Assembly: GCF_000150275.1 (NCBI RefSeq)
Contig: NW_002060943.1
Span: 4,050,008 to 4,114,007, forward strand
Source: Trichoplax adhaerens
Lineage: Eukaryota > Animalia > Placozoa
DNA length: 64,000 nucleotides
Direction: 5' to 3'
Shown: piece after piece, positions 44,996-59,648 of the stretch
Layout of the letters: the number at the start of each line of letters is the position of its first letter
Numbering within the stretch: the stretch's first letter is position 1
Program-made: the position numbers and the translations under genes
Notes under the pieces: model-generated
The model's input: the letters and a program-made list of their open reading frames with translations, nothing else
The model's database searches: none
Told to the model about the DNA's origin: nothing

Positions 44996-45877
44996 AACTC
45001 ATTAGCAGTAACTAAATCTTGACTCGCCATTAAATCTTTCATTCACTGTGGCTAACATGCAAAAAAGAAAACATGGCTGCTATTTTTTTTTTGGGGGGGG
45101 GGGGGGGATTCATGCAACTGGATAGTGACTAATGTGGGGCTAATTTTTTCAATTTCTTTGTAATTTTGTCGTTGATAGATTATCTCGGAATGGTCTTAAT
45201 TTCATCAGCAAGAAAGTGCTATTTCATTAGTTATCCATTGAAAGCTTAGTTGTGGAAAAAGGCAAGCCTTGATCGGCAATGATTGATCACCGTGATCACA
45301 GACTAATCAGATAAAAGTTACAGTGATCTTTGGAATTTTTGTATGAAATTTTGCTTCGCTCTTTCTTTCTCCAACTATCCCAGTGTTATAAAGAGAAGTA
45401 ACAAAGTGGTCAACTGGTAATACAAGACAAAACAGCCTTAATTCAACTTTGCTGGATATCTTCTACTGAATACATCATTGATGATTACTTTGAGAACTGC
45501 TTAAGGATTCAACTTTATAATCCATGCGCAGCTTTTTGATAGTGCGAGATACCTTGTAATTCCTCTTGTACTCCATTGGTAAATGTTAACAGAATATGAC
45601 AACAACGATATAAAAAGACTTTAATTTGCCTTCATCTTGAACAGGAGTAATAGGAAAAAGATTGAACTTGTCTAAATTATTGCACACGCTATCTACATCA
45701 ACAGCTTGCTTTATCATTAATAACTAGATAAAATTAGAAAAGCATTGGACTGTAGTTTACATCACCTTGTGAAGAGATAGAATTTGGTCGCAGCGTTACA
45801 TTTTATGATACAAGATTTGTAGTTCAGTTTGGGCTTATAAAATCGACACAGTTGGTAAATTGAAACGAAAAATTACT

Positions 45878-48800
45878 ATGGGTTGTAGCTCTAGTTTTCC
45901 TACTTCACCATCAGTTACTCATCAAGTGCTGAAAACTGCTCAAGTTACCATTGGAAAAAATATCCAGATAAGGTCACAGAAAGCCAAGATATTTTTCCTA
46001 TTCGGTAAGTTCAAATTGACATCCCATATTGTCTTCAATTTCTCTCCTGTTGATTAATTTATTATGCTGAAGACGCTATACTGCTTCATTTTCGTTAATG
46101 GATAAGTTTCTCTACTTGAAAGACAAGTTTCATTAAGTGATAAATCATCATTAATCTGATTACCATCTTCTATACTGCTTCATTTTCGTTGATGGATAAG
46201 TTTCATTAAGTGACAAATCATCATTAATCTGATTACCATCTTCTCTAATTGCAACACGTTGATAATTTCAATTATCCTATATCGTACGAATTAGAGATGG
46301 TAAACTAGTATAACGGCCTAACGTCGACTACATCATTGCAGGTAGTGATGAGACATGTTTTTCAATACAATACGAGTATAGAAAAAAATAGATATGATCC
46401 ACTTAGGTAAAATTTCATACAAGGAAGAGGATGTAAATTTATTAATTCTCCTTTTCTATATCATCATAGTTTCATGTAATAACAATAAATAGAAAGATTT
46501 TTCCATGTGTGCATTGTATAGGCATGACTACAGACAAAGATCTTAGTTTAAATGAAAGATATGCATCATCAATAATGCTAAAAAGAAATCTTAAGACAGC
46601 AAGTACACGCTTAGCGCATTTTGAGCTATTAAATTATAAAACTAGATGCCAATATACAAGTCTGTGCGCACCTTATCACTTTCATACTATGCAGGAAAAG
46701 TTACCTACAGTATCATTGACTACATATTTATAAGAAAATTTCAAAACAGAAAGACTTCAATTCTTGGCATAAAATTAAAATATTGGTTTCAAAAATAAGC
46801 ATAAGAGTAACAATGTTTCTGTAACTTAATAAGCTAGACTGTGTTAGTTTTTTAATTTTTAATAATGCTATTTTTATAGTGCTATTATTCACTTAATTAA
46901 CAGCACTATTACTTATACGATACCTTCATATAAAATTATTCATAATCATTTTTATGCACCTACTAAATCCATTCGTCAGTAAAAAAAATGAGTACATGTT
47001 GAAAATTGCTAATCAAAATATAGAAATCTTACCAACTTCGACAAATTCATTGCTTATCCATTTGAAACAATATCTTCATTGAGTGATATTTACTCTTGAA
47101 CCAATTATATTATTTCGTCCTTTTTATCAAGAAGAAGAGTAAGATAGTAGCTTGGCCAATGTACAGTAAACGTAACCTTTAAATTAAGTTAAGCTAAAGG
47201 AGTTTCAGTGTCGTCCAGTAATATTATAGGATAAAGATAGATTAATATGGCATAACTGAAAAGGTATTTGACTTGATCAAAACTGTCTTTGGAGATACTT
47301 CTTAATGAATACTCATCCGAGAAAGATAATATGTCTACCATTCATGCTACAATCTAAGTTGAATCATGAATCATATAGAAGAGATGACCTATCTTAAACC
47401 ATTAAAGATATCTTATTAATACATCATATAACGTACACTATCTGTAAAGATAGTGAAAAATCTTCAATGAATATACTGATGAAATAGTTTACTTAAATTA
47501 AATAACACATTGGCCTGTTATTATCATCGTTTTGTTATTCCGCTTATTTTTCAACTATAATAATGGCTTCCTTTTAAATCCAAGTACCAGTTTATTTAAT
47601 ATGCAGCAAACGAAACGGATATAATTTATTTTATAGTGCAACAAACAATACATTGCTCTTTCTAGGCATCATAGTCTTAAGGAGAAATTTACTTAATGTA
47701 AAATCCCAGACGCAAGCAATTTTAAATTTTGTCTTACCAATCATCAATTCCTATACGCGGATATGCCCTTAGTAATAGAGACAGTAGCCTGACATCGATG
47801 ATACGTAAAAGATCAAAGTTTTAATTTTATACTTCGTTACCAACATTGTTATTTGACAATTATTAAATGATATTGCTTTGACCAGATTTCCTTTCCTTCC
47901 TTTGCGTCTTAATTTAGCTTTTTTACGTTTTGCCAATTTTACTGAGGTTTTTAAGAATCAAGCTTTGATCTTTAAATGAATTCATCAATACCTTAATTAG
48001 AGTATTTAACACAACTCTTTCATTGGACAAACTAATTAATTAATTAATCAGCCAACCTTATCGCTATTATTAGACTAAATTAGAAGTAGAAAATTTGGAA
48101 ATCGTTTCTATATACATTATTATCTTTACTTTTAGCGTTATGATCATTCAGATTGTAAATTTGCAAGCAAATTATGCAATTTATCTTTAGTATACTGTAT
48201 TAATGCCGTAGAATGATAACCCTAAATGAGCCAACAATGACGTAATGTTTGCTGTAGTCGAAAGCTAATAATTTACTTACCGAGCATCATTTATTTGTTT
48301 TTGGTTAAGTGTATATCATAGCAATGATGTTTCCATCGTTATGGCTTCCAAATAGAATTGACACAATGCGAAATGGCAGAAGTGATAGATTTTAGTATCG
48401 TGCGATAAATACTGTTTGTAACTGTAGATTTTCCAATAGAAGATTAGTAAAGTAACAATATTTTATAAAGATTTGGGTATAAATTGTACTCACTCACACT
48501 CGAATGTTCAGCTTACTTTTATAAGCTGTTCCTACTTTATCTAATTTTCGCTCGTTCAACTTCTTGTGAATTAAAACTATGGGCGTACGTAGCTTAATTA
48601 ATTTTCATTTACTGATTATTATAAATTTTTTAGTCCTATTACTTAAAGTCCAGCTATGACATCTGTTTAGTAGATTATTGTTTGCTATTACTTTGTTTGT
48701 ATTTTAGAATTTTATATTAAACACCAACTAAACCCACACACCATACAGTGTTAACTAGATTTCCAGCTCTTGATACTTTGCTTCAATTTAATAAAGTAAT

Positions 48801-51213
48801 TTACAATTATGCTACTAAGCGCTACTAAGCCGTAGTATCATACTGTTACATATCTAAGTTAATAACTGTAACCAATGAGTTCGTTCTTAACAGGCTGCTG
48901 GGTAGATTCTGTAAATGTACAACCTACTAATCCTGCTAGTGTTACTTAGGTTGTACATTTCCTTTGGGAAGATTTTCAGAAGATTTGATGCTATTGCCAT
49001 ACTATGACTACTGTTGACCTGTGCTGACATATATAGTAGTGGCTACCGTTGTAGTTTATTATTTGATTTTGGAAAAGTTAGCTAAATATATCATAGTTGC
49101 GAAGTTTTGCTCCATAATTAATTTAGGAAAGCAAATTAACTATCACAGTATTTTACTTAAGACAACGTATTGCAGAAAGGAAGAACTTACATCATCAATA
49201 CTGTAGCCATCATAGTAGGCTGTCTCCTTTGATCCGATACTAATCTATTAAGTAATGACAACTCTGAGCTGGAAGTTACCAACAATACATAGCTAGGTGT
49301 GCAGATAGACCCGTATAAGTCCCATGTAAAAATACATTTATTTTAGCGAGTTATCAGTCAACCTGTAAGAAAGTGTTTATTTTTAATGTACGTATCTTAT
49401 CGACATATCATTTTTTTCGACTCGACAGATTCAACAATAAATTATTTAAGTTAATGTCCATTTTATGAAAGCAGCTTTTAAAATGACTTTTTATATCCTG
49501 AATCATAAGCAATTTCTGCTAAGTAACTTTTAAATTAGCAATTGAATTTTATACTAGTATACTTATCACAAATGAACGCTTTCTTCAAACACATTTTTTA
49601 ACTTAGGCGGTCCAGGATCTTGTAAGGGTCGAATTGTCCATGATATTATATCTGTATTTCGTTTTAAACTCATTTCCGCGGAAGAGTTACTTATTAAATC
49701 TTTGCCTAGAAAATTAGCCAATGTCGTATCTTTAGACGATATCAACGATATTATGCAAATCATTCGCACAGAACCCAAACATATTACGTTAAGTTGGGTC
49801 TTTTCACTTATTATTCGAGAAATTGAAAGTTTACTAACAAGTAGTGATTGCTTCCTCGTTGACGTTATTCCCAACATGAGATTTCTATTGCGTCATCAAG
49901 AATTTGTTAAAGATTGCCGACAAGAAATGGAAGAATTCGAAAAACAAGTAGGATACAAGAATAGCATTGATAAAAGTTATCTAAATATAAGCTTTAATAG
50001 TGGAGAATATTTTTTAATATCGATATATATGATAATCAATTTTATCTAAGTTTTGCTTTCATTTACTTGATCATAGTGGCCGATTGTTTGCGGTATCTCA
50101 TTAAATATAACTCAAAATGCCATTAAGACCAGAGATAACCGCGCAAAGGGTGCTACATCAGTAGCGTTATCACAAAGTGATGAAGCTGATATGAGTAAAA
50201 CACAACGTCGACTAGCACTGTATCAAGGATGCGTAAAGAATTTTGTAAATTACTTTAAATCTACTGAACGTTTGATTACTTTTGACGTATCTGGTAAAGA
50301 TCAAGAGGCAACTTGGAATCAAGTTTCTAACTTCTTTACCAAGAATTTAGATTTTGATCCCATGAAGCATAGCTATATTGTTATGTTCTTTTGCTTTAGT
50401 AAGTTAACGGTTGCCCAAATTTAAATGTAAATGTTACCAATCATCTATTGATAAATTTATTATATTAGACATATTTTCCATTATTTACTCATACTATTTC
50501 CTATGCATTGGATTATGTATGATTTAGGTATCGATGATCTTCGAATTTTAAACAACACGAGTTCTGATTCTAACGTTGATGTCGTTAAGTTCTCCGATGT
50601 TATCAACGCAGATAGCATGCAAATTGTAAGACATAACAAATTAATTTTTTGATTTTCTAATATTAATTTTAGTTCTCACGATAATTTTACATTGATTTGC
50701 TTGCAGGACCAGCAACTGAAGAATTTATATCATCACATCCTTCAACGCGCACTACATCGTCGTTACTTTATTGTTGATCTAACTGATAGCACGATAAAGT
50801 CCAGTGGTATGAACGAGGTATCACATCAATTTTGTAGATTTTGACTTTCACTTTATAACAATAACGTGTATTGACTCGTTGCTCGTTGTTATGTCTCATA
50901 AGAAATAGTTATAAGACCTTAAGCGAAATTTGTATATTTTGATACCCTTGACTTTTAATTACCTTTGTTTCGAAGCAATATTGATTAATATAGATATTTA
51001 ATTTTCCATTAGTTTCCAGGATCTGCCATCATGTTTATAGATTCATTGAAAGAATTTAGTAAAGACAATATAATCGAGAGAAGGAATGGCATGTCTAACA
51101 TGGATCTGACAAATTTTAAAGCTTTTTACTTAACGAACAACGAAATATTGTTCTTTCCACGAGCGATAGATTCAGAAGCCTGTCGTAGGATTGCTCTTTG
51201 TATGAAGAAATGA
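45878..51213 (+). CDS. Divergent adenylate/NMP kinase-like protein with N-terminal MGCSSS acylation motif, 6 coding exons
   Basis: Exons ~45878-46004, 49607-49947, 50077-50398, 50528-50625, 50707-50817, 51013-51213. KIFFLF|GGPGSCKGRI is an AK-type P-loop (canonical GGPGSGKGT). Also FKLISAEELL, CFLVDVIPN (DGFPR position) and DEAD...TQRRLALY...YFKSTERLITFD (LID/C-terminal part). Confidence 0.8.
46078..46244. repeat. Short tandem duplication (~70-93 bp x 2) in AK-like intron
   Basis: TATACTGCTTCATTTTCGTTRATGGATAAGTTTC and CATTAAGTGAYAAATCATCATTAATCTGATTACCATCTTCT each occur twice. Confidence 0.9.
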
Positions 51214-54200
51214 AAAAATTTACTCACAATCCTTATTCGCAGTATTTACAGTATGAATGACATTTTCTTTTCCTTGTTTTAAAATAAATGGATGCTTAAT
51301 GTTTTACTCTTTGTTGCCCTTCTACTGATTAAAATGCTGCAGACGTATAGCTCAAGATTTGTTTCATTGTACGTTGACAGCCATTTTCATTTCCTGTCTT
51401 TTGATTGTACAAATGACAAAGTTACCTTTAGCTGTATAGAACTTGTTTATATTATTTGTATGGATGTATCTTAAGATTATCCCATACTTGCAAAATTTAA
51501 AAATTTTTGATTTCAATGTAGAGTACTGTCTAGAGAGTATTTCTATTTTAATTTTTTAATTTTTCGATTATTGTAAATACTTTAATATTTTTGTAAAATA
51601 GAACAAATTATACAGTACAGTAACTTCATCACAAACTACAATTTGCAATATTCGGTGTAATAGTGAATTATTAGCTATTTCATCAAATTCTACAAGAAAT
51701 TAATATGTTAAATCATGATTCAAATATTATTACTGTATTTAACTTAAGGTATTTTAGTGGTGATGCTACTTAGATCACGATATGAATGAAATTACTTGAT
51801 TAGTGTACCTACCTTCATTCTTAACCGTTACTAAATCTGAGTACATCATAATTCGCTAAATATGATAATCTTGAGATTTCTATTGTAAATTAATATAAAA
51901 TTGTTCATATTGGGTAACTAGATTTTACTATTTTGTTATAATTTCTGACTCTATAAATGATATAAATATAGAATGTAACGCTAATGGCTCTCTCCTAACT
52001 TATTGGCTCTAGCTTGAGTCTAGGATGCTTGTTACTTTGATCTGCGGCTCAATAGTAGGATCTAACAATAGCGATTTTATTTAACGTAACTTGCTATTTA
52101 TAGCTGTATTTACTAATTTAATGCACTGATGCTAATTACATTTAATCTATACTATAACATTTCAAATTAAAAGCTCTATGGACTAGTTAGACAATGATTC
52201 ATGAATAGACTTAAATTTTTTATATGATTATGTATTTATTGTACTGTATTTATTGGAAAAGTTCTATTGAATCTTCTGTTGATCCTTAATTATTATTGAA
52301 TTCTATTTAGATTGATTAATATATAACAAATTTTATTGGAAAAACTCGCTTTCTCATTATAACTTGTATTTATTGTAATAACAAAAATGCTTGAACTCAA
52401 GTGTTGTATTGCATCTTTTTGGTTTTATTGATTGTGTGACTAATTATTACCTATCTATTAAAATTCGTTCTGAAGACAATGCCAGGAAAATAAAAATCTG
52501 GTAACATTTTAATGATAAAAATAGATTCAATATTTCGACACGATCAGTTTTATAGATTAAAATTTTCATCATTAAACCTTCATCAATACTGATTTAAATA
52601 AGAATATGCGATGCAGTCCTAATCTCACTCAGTTACCTTAGCATTTTCTTAATGGCGATGCTTCAATTTATGAAGCAATCAAAAATGTAACTGGAGCATC
52701 ATTCGATACTATCCAATATTTTACCTTAAGATAATAATTTTAAAGTGGTCTGAAATCAATAGCCAGGTATAGCAAATCATTTCACGATTTCTATAATTAT
52801 GATTTATTTCAAATCTAAAGGTAATGCTTAACAATTATTATCTTATAACCATAGGGCTTGACCTGATAAACGATTCTTAACCATCTAATTGTAAATATAC
52901 GAGGAGAGATCTGAACAATCTGTAATTTAACCACTATCGTCATATAACAGCGTATAAAGTGTAATATACGTTATTCATAGGTTATATTTGATAACAATTT
53001 AAAGGATTAAATCTTTGCATTAATCTATCAGCATGAATAAATCAGTCTATAATTGCATCTACTTATACCTAATACTTAGTCGATAATTTGTTGCAACTTC
53101 TACGCATCGAATCAAATTATAGTATAAGCAGAAATTACTTCATGCTGTAGTATCATAAATGATTGAACGGCTGGCTACAGATTATAGATTATAAGCTTTA
53201 AAAAAGAAAATGGAAATAAATAATCTTTGATTATACAATATATTTTGAATAATAATTAAAAATGAGCAGAATGGATATATCAATCCTGGAATAAAATCAA
53301 GTTTAAAACCGACTAATAAGACTGGTGAACTATCGGAATTGTCCATAGCTCAAACTGGATGTCCGATTACGTATTTTATTACGGTAGTCCTAACAACATT
53401 TTATAGGAAATTATTTTGCAATTATCTGTATTTATAAGATCTAGATCAGTCTAATAGTATAATAGAAAAGAATTTAAATACATTATCTCGTTTTAATTTT
53501 CGTGTTTATTAAGCATACGAAATTGACTACATATTACTACTCTAATCTAGAATTTCATTGCTGTATCAATAAGAAATTTGAACTGAAATATAAGAAACTT
53601 TTCCATCATACTACAGTATATTACATCGATCGAAAATTCTATTTTGGTTAACGTACATGTATTATGTCTTAGAATATATAAAATCCTTGTATCTGTAGGT
53701 GCTATTGATAACTTTTTACCTCCGTTTTTATTACCAATATCAACTGTAAGGGTAAAATGCTGATCAAGATCTTATATAATACAAAATTACTGAAATCCTA
53801 AACACCATTCTGGGATTTGTCAGCTTGCTTTGATTGTACAGTATCTAATTTCTGATTTGTCATGATAAAAGTAACCGCTTACCCAAACTATGGAATTGTT
53901 ATAAGGATCTTTAAACTAGTATCTACGCTAGCGCATATACAGTATAGTAGCGCAATAGTTTAATAAGTAAATCATTACTAAATTTTATGAATAAAATACA
54001 CGTATTAAATTTATTTACGGTATACTAACTGCATATTATAGACAAACAGCAAATTTCACTCTAATGAAAATTAATATTGTTGTTACCTTATACTTTTCTT
54101 CCAAAATATGGATTCAGAAAATGTTTCGTGTTACTCTTAAGATACTTCATACTAGTAGTACGCATGCCGTTATGAATCATTAACAAGATAGATTTATCAT

Positions 54201-54603
54201 GATTTTAATCATACCAAGCCCGTTAGTAATAGAAATATCGTTTATTTAAGAAGATATCTGTCGTTTTAAATTTGTATGTACACGTTTATGTAATATTATA
54301 GAAAAGTCAGTATCTTCAAATACTTTACAATTAAATTGAGTATTGATAATTATTTTTGGAAATGCTTCCAATGACTAGGCATAATGCAGGTCATTATAGA
54401 ATCATTACATAGATCATGGTTACTTTAATCTCACTAATAACCTTCAATTAAATTATTAATTTATATGAAACACCTAGGCCAAAAGATTATTAACCTAGAT
54501 ACAAGTGATTAGTACAAGCTCTTAGATGTATCATTACTAACAATAGTACAACTTTTTTAACTGTAAGCCATTATCCAAGCGTCAAGTGATAACGCATAGA
54601 TAT

Positions 54604-57600
54604 TCAAGATTTTCGTTCCGAAGAGTAATATAGCTCCAGAGGTTTGTTGACTTTCCAATACTAAAGTTAGGAGTGGTATACAGAACAGAAATTAGGAACT
54701 GCTTGGCATAATAAGGAAATGGTAAAATTTACGAGATATTAAATTACCGTTTCGTTGATATTATCCAACGTCATGGAAAGTTGTAATAGCTGGCGTTGAA
54801 ATCAAAAAGACATTGATTTGTAAACTATAATTGATAGCTTATTTAAAACAGTAATTTAAGCCATACCTTATATCCTTCTGTCGTAGCAATATAAATCTTG
54901 TATAGGGTGTCGGAGCTTTGTTTATGATTGGCTGACTTTGTTGGATTGTCTAATACAAAAATAGTGTCCATTTATTCTATAAATGTACCTTTTCTGAACG
55001 TATAAAAGAACAACTAAAAGCAGCTATATAAAAGCTAACCAGTTTGAGGCGATTCAAGAGACATTCTAATGGCAAGATATTTAGCTAAATGCTCCACTAA
55101 AAACAATAAATGCCAGGTTTGAAATATGGTATGGTATTATGATATGATTAAAACAATTCGATATTCAACATTATTACTACAATTACTTTTCATCTCATGT
55201 AGTAGAATACTGCATAAACATAAATGTGTAGAAACTTACCCGTAGCATTAGCTGTGGTTTTGATATATCGCACAGCAACACGTAGTGGGTTATCCGAATA
55301 GTTTGTCTTGTCTAATTCTTGCGGATGAGGTTTGAACATTAATTCAATTTCCTGTGCATAAAGAATTCTTGAATACAATGTAATTCTTGCAGTTAGATCT
55401 AACAATATAGTAGATAATTTTAAAATCTTACGCTGGATGATTCAGTATATTCAACCGTATCAGAATCTGTATCTACTGCCTTCGGAGATGCGTCATGATT
55501 CACAGAATCTGTTAATTATAATACGACAAAGAGAAGTGTAAATATTAAATACCATTGCAGATTTATAAGCATTATTTTGAGATATTTTACTACTAAAGTA
55601 AAATTATACCTGCATCGTTATTATTCCTGTTATTAGCATAATTACTACCCTCTTGATTCGCTCTAGTATCCTGTGTTTTTATTCGCTTAGGTACCGGAGC
55701 TAATGAAAGTGAAAAAAGACAAGTTGCACACACCATGTGATTATTTTTAAGCTCAAGCAGTAATTTGAGTGGTAAAATTTTGTTTACCTGATTCGTCGGC
55801 TGATGATATATTCTGTTGATCATTACGGTTAATAAAAGACGAGACTTTTAGCTGTCTAAATATACGTATTCGGGCGTAGCAAAATATCAATCCTGACAAT
55901 TATAACATACCGATGACCGTTGAGAATGAGACCGATTCGTAGCCTGCATTCGCACTCCTTCCTCAAAACTAGATTGTAAAGCATGTTGACTATGGTGTTT
56001 GTTTAACCTTGCTAGCACCTTTTCCTAAAATTATTATCCAATCTTAAGTATTTCAACTTTAAATTCTGAGAAAATTACTACGAGATAGTAAATAAAATTT
56101 ATACTTGTTGGGCTTCATATTCCTCTCGATTGGGATAAATCTGTTGTATTAACGAATAGAATAATTAGTAAGGGTAGGCATTAACTTACACCTAAATGTA
56201 AGATAACATAACCTTTGAGATTAATGCATCAAAGTTTGGATCTGGGCGAAGTGATCTTCTGGATACTAATTTTTTGCGACACGTCGGACATTCCTTATTT
56301 CTGTGGTAGATGAAATTTATTCATTCAGTAATGAAATAACTGATAAACATGAGGAAGCAAATTACTAGTTGAATTGTATGAACTAATTACGATAGCATTT
56401 ATTTGTTAAGAGGTAGTTTAGCTATCAGAATTTTTAGTCTTCAGACGCACAATATGCTTGTAGAATAAATAGGAAAGCGCCTCAGCTAAAGATTTTACAG
56501 AAATCAAATATAAATTACTATACTTTCAATTAAGAGAAGTGACTTATTTTGTTACCCGCTGCGTAGAGCTGTCGTAATGCATTCGGCACAAAACCTATGT
56601 AGGCACTAATGATGATGAGAACAAGAGAATAGAATGTTAAAATTCAAATTTGATTGTTTCTACACGTAACAGCTACCGCAAGATATTATTGTCCTGTCAA
56701 TTGGATCGTTAAGTAGGAAAAAGCTCGAGCTAATAATTGTGGCATTTTTTTCACTGTAGTAAGTATTATAGTTTCTAAGCCGAAATTGGTAGATAATTAT
56801 GATTTCATTGAAGGCTGGTGATTAAATTATGATCACGAGAAGCGTGATAAGAAAAATATGCGCATATGTTAAGCTGGTCTCGAATTAAAAGACAGTAAGA
56901 TTGTATGTTGAGAATCAGAATTCAAATTCGAAATAATTTTGCCATTAAGCTATTAATAAAAATGTACAGTATGAAAACAACTTGGTACCTCTTTCGTAGT
57001 CATAGTGCTTTTTAAGATATCCAAACAGATAGGGCACATTAATTCGCTATGCAAGCTACGTAATGAAATGGTTACTTCGCTATCGTCGTCTATGGCCGCC
57101 TGAGGCTGGCGATGTAATTCGTAAACGCTAAGTTCTGTCAAAAAATTGATTCTTTGTTATTAAAATTTTCTTGACAATAAATCACAACTTGTAATGACGA
57201 AGTGAATAACAAATTTATATTACTGATACAATCATACAATTACAGAAATACAACAAGGTCATTTAACAGTAAAAGGACTTATCAATTTGCCTTACCCCAT
57301 GTTTTAGGTTGAGAAACGTTGTTATTGATCTATAAAGATATATTCAACAGAGATAAAAAATAAAAATTAGTTTAGTGGCAATTTTGTTCAAGTTCAATTT
57401 ACAGTTCAGTACATAGCTCGTGTCATAGAAGTAGCAGAAAAAGACAGTTCCAACTATTACGATTTTGCGGGTATATTTTTGAAAAGATTAAAAGTCATTA
57501 TACACATTCATAGGTAAGCTAGATTTATAAGGGCTCTGTTATGCAGAGACATGGTTGATTGCTCTTTTCTATATCGACATGCAGCAATGTGATGCACTAT

Positions 57601-57887
57601 TGAAACAAATTGGTATAATACTCGAGTTTGCAACAGAAAATTTGCAGATATGAATCCTTCTGTCGTAGTGTAGGCTACAATGAATTGCACAAAAGTTGAT
57701 CCTTATTAGTGAGATTATGGTCTAGAATCTACATAGATATTTATTAGTATATTCTCCATCAATATCTAACGGATAGGTAAGGTTTATGGACATTTTATAA
57801 TGGCATATTTGAAATGTCGGAAGCCATTTTTAAGATTACAACAACATACTGTATAGCCTAACCTAAGATGTGAATATATCTTACCAT
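54604..57887 (-). CDS. RNF2: Polycomb PRC1 E3 ubiquitin ligase RING1/RNF2 (Sce orthologue), about 15 exons
   Basis: M|[11 protein letters not shown]|[15 protein letters not shown]...[24 protein letters not shown]|[16 protein letters not shown]|...[29 protein letters not shown]|[12 protein letters not shown]|[28 protein letters not shown] domain [10 protein letters not shown]...[10 protein letters not shown]|VEHLAKYL...[12 protein letters not shown]. Stop at 54604-54606. Confidence 0.96.
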
Positions 57888-59019
57888 AAGCAATTTACTG
57901 TGAAATGTATGTTCAAGTTGTATAGGATAAAACTACTATCCACATCTATCCACTAGTGATTCATTGGAATCGTTAGTTGCTATAAGTGAGTCTTTTCGCC
58001 CTTTCGCTTTAGACAAGTGTAACTGGTGGGGAAACGTATACATTCTCTGATTCTCATCCCTATTTCTAGTATTTTATTTCCCTTTCACCAGGTTGTTATA
58101 TCCATGGAAGACTTGACAGAAGCATTTAATGAATAAATAATAATATTATACCCTAATTTTGATCCAATTTAACACTGTTGTACAAGAAATTTTGAAGTAG
58201 TGTAGGATTCTATGGGCTAAAGACGATGATGTACAATCGTCTTACCGTTGTTCTATCAGGCTAGAGGTAACTATAAATCAGTTCAATTTAGTGTTGAATC
58301 AAGAATGAAGTAAGTAGTAGTGTGGTATTGCTCGTCAGTACTAAACGATTTGTACGAGTATATAGACGCGTAGTAGTACTTTCCAATTTAAAGGAAAATA
58401 TGGTATTTGGATTGCTTGATAACTCGTAAATCAGTACTTAATGGCATCAATCAATCATTTCGAGCTATAAATTGTATAATAGATCATTCTAATAATCCAA
58501 TGCCAACCATGACAGAGTATACGATTACAGTATAACGAACAGGCCTCGTATACATCGACTCCAATCGAGCAATAGTGCAATATTACTGTGCATTCGTAGC
58601 AGGTTAGGCTATTTTGAAAGGCTTACACAGCATTTACTTCAACCGATCTAAGAATAAGTCATTGATTCATCAACACTGCTATGCTATTGTAGAGAAGGGA
58701 GGAAAAAAAAAGATTTTATGAGTTACTAACGGATTTTTGTAGAGGCTTGAGTCAATGCTACGACCGATTGTGTAAAAGAAGTGGCTAGGACTATTCAGGC
58801 AAGTTATCTTGCCGTACTATATCAGAACTTGTGCCTCTTTTCACTTCTCCATCTTCTACTCGGACTGTAAATCTATCTCCAATTGATATAGACAGAATAG
58901 TATTATCAAGACGATTAGACAGCATGAAATGACTAAAAAGGAAAATTTCTATGCTATAAGGCCAAATGATCGTAGCACAGTTTGGATACTGCAATGACGA
59001 TATGATGCAGTGGAGTGAA

Positions 59020-59648
59020 AGAAAGAGTGATTTTTCAATGGACATCAACTCGGTTGGGCAGACAGTGAATGATTGAATAACCCCCCTGCAAAACATCCAA
59101 CGATGACTTAATGTCTCTTCGTATTGGCCTAGAAGAGATAGAACTGCAATCCTATGGATGTAAAAGTTACTCAAGCGAGTTAGCAGTGAATAAATTTGGA
59201 TAGTATCCAGTCCAAGTAATCAGTGAAGTGAAAGAGTGATTTTTCAATGGTCATCAACTCGGTTGGGCAGACAATGAATGATTGAATAATCCCCCTGCAA
59301 AACATCCAACGATGACTTGATATCTCTTCGTATTGACCTAGAAGAGATAGAACTGCAATCCTATGGATGTACAAGTTACTCAAGCGAGTTAGTAGTGAAT
59401 AAATTTGGATAGTATCCAGTCCAAGGCCAATCCAAGTCATCAGTGAAGTGAAAGAGTGATTTTTCAATGGACATCAACTCGGTTGGGCAGACAGTGAATG
59501 ATTGAATAACCCCCATGCAAAACATCCAACAATGACTTAATATCTCTTCGTATTGAACTAGAAGAGATAGAACTGCAATCTTATGGATGTACAAGTTACT
59601 CAAGCGAGTTAGCAGTGAATAAATTTGGATAGCATCCAGTCCAAGTAG
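59020..59648. repeat. Tandem repeat, ~209-220 bp x 3, upstream of the RING1 CDS
   Basis: AAAGAGTGATTTTTCAATGGWCATCAACTCGGTTGGGCAGAC at ~59022, 59231, 59451; explains the three similar ORFs 58791-59603. Confidence 0.95.

Noticed and set aside
52630-53150. Minus-strand splice-like sites downstream of RING1
   Set aside because: No consistent open frame across candidate exons; such sites arise by chance in AT-rich DNA.
58791-59603. Three paralogous-looking ORFs (MSNxYIHRIAVLSLL...)
   Set aside because: By-product of the ~215 bp tandem repeat; TTG starts, frames not preserved between units, no recognisable domain.
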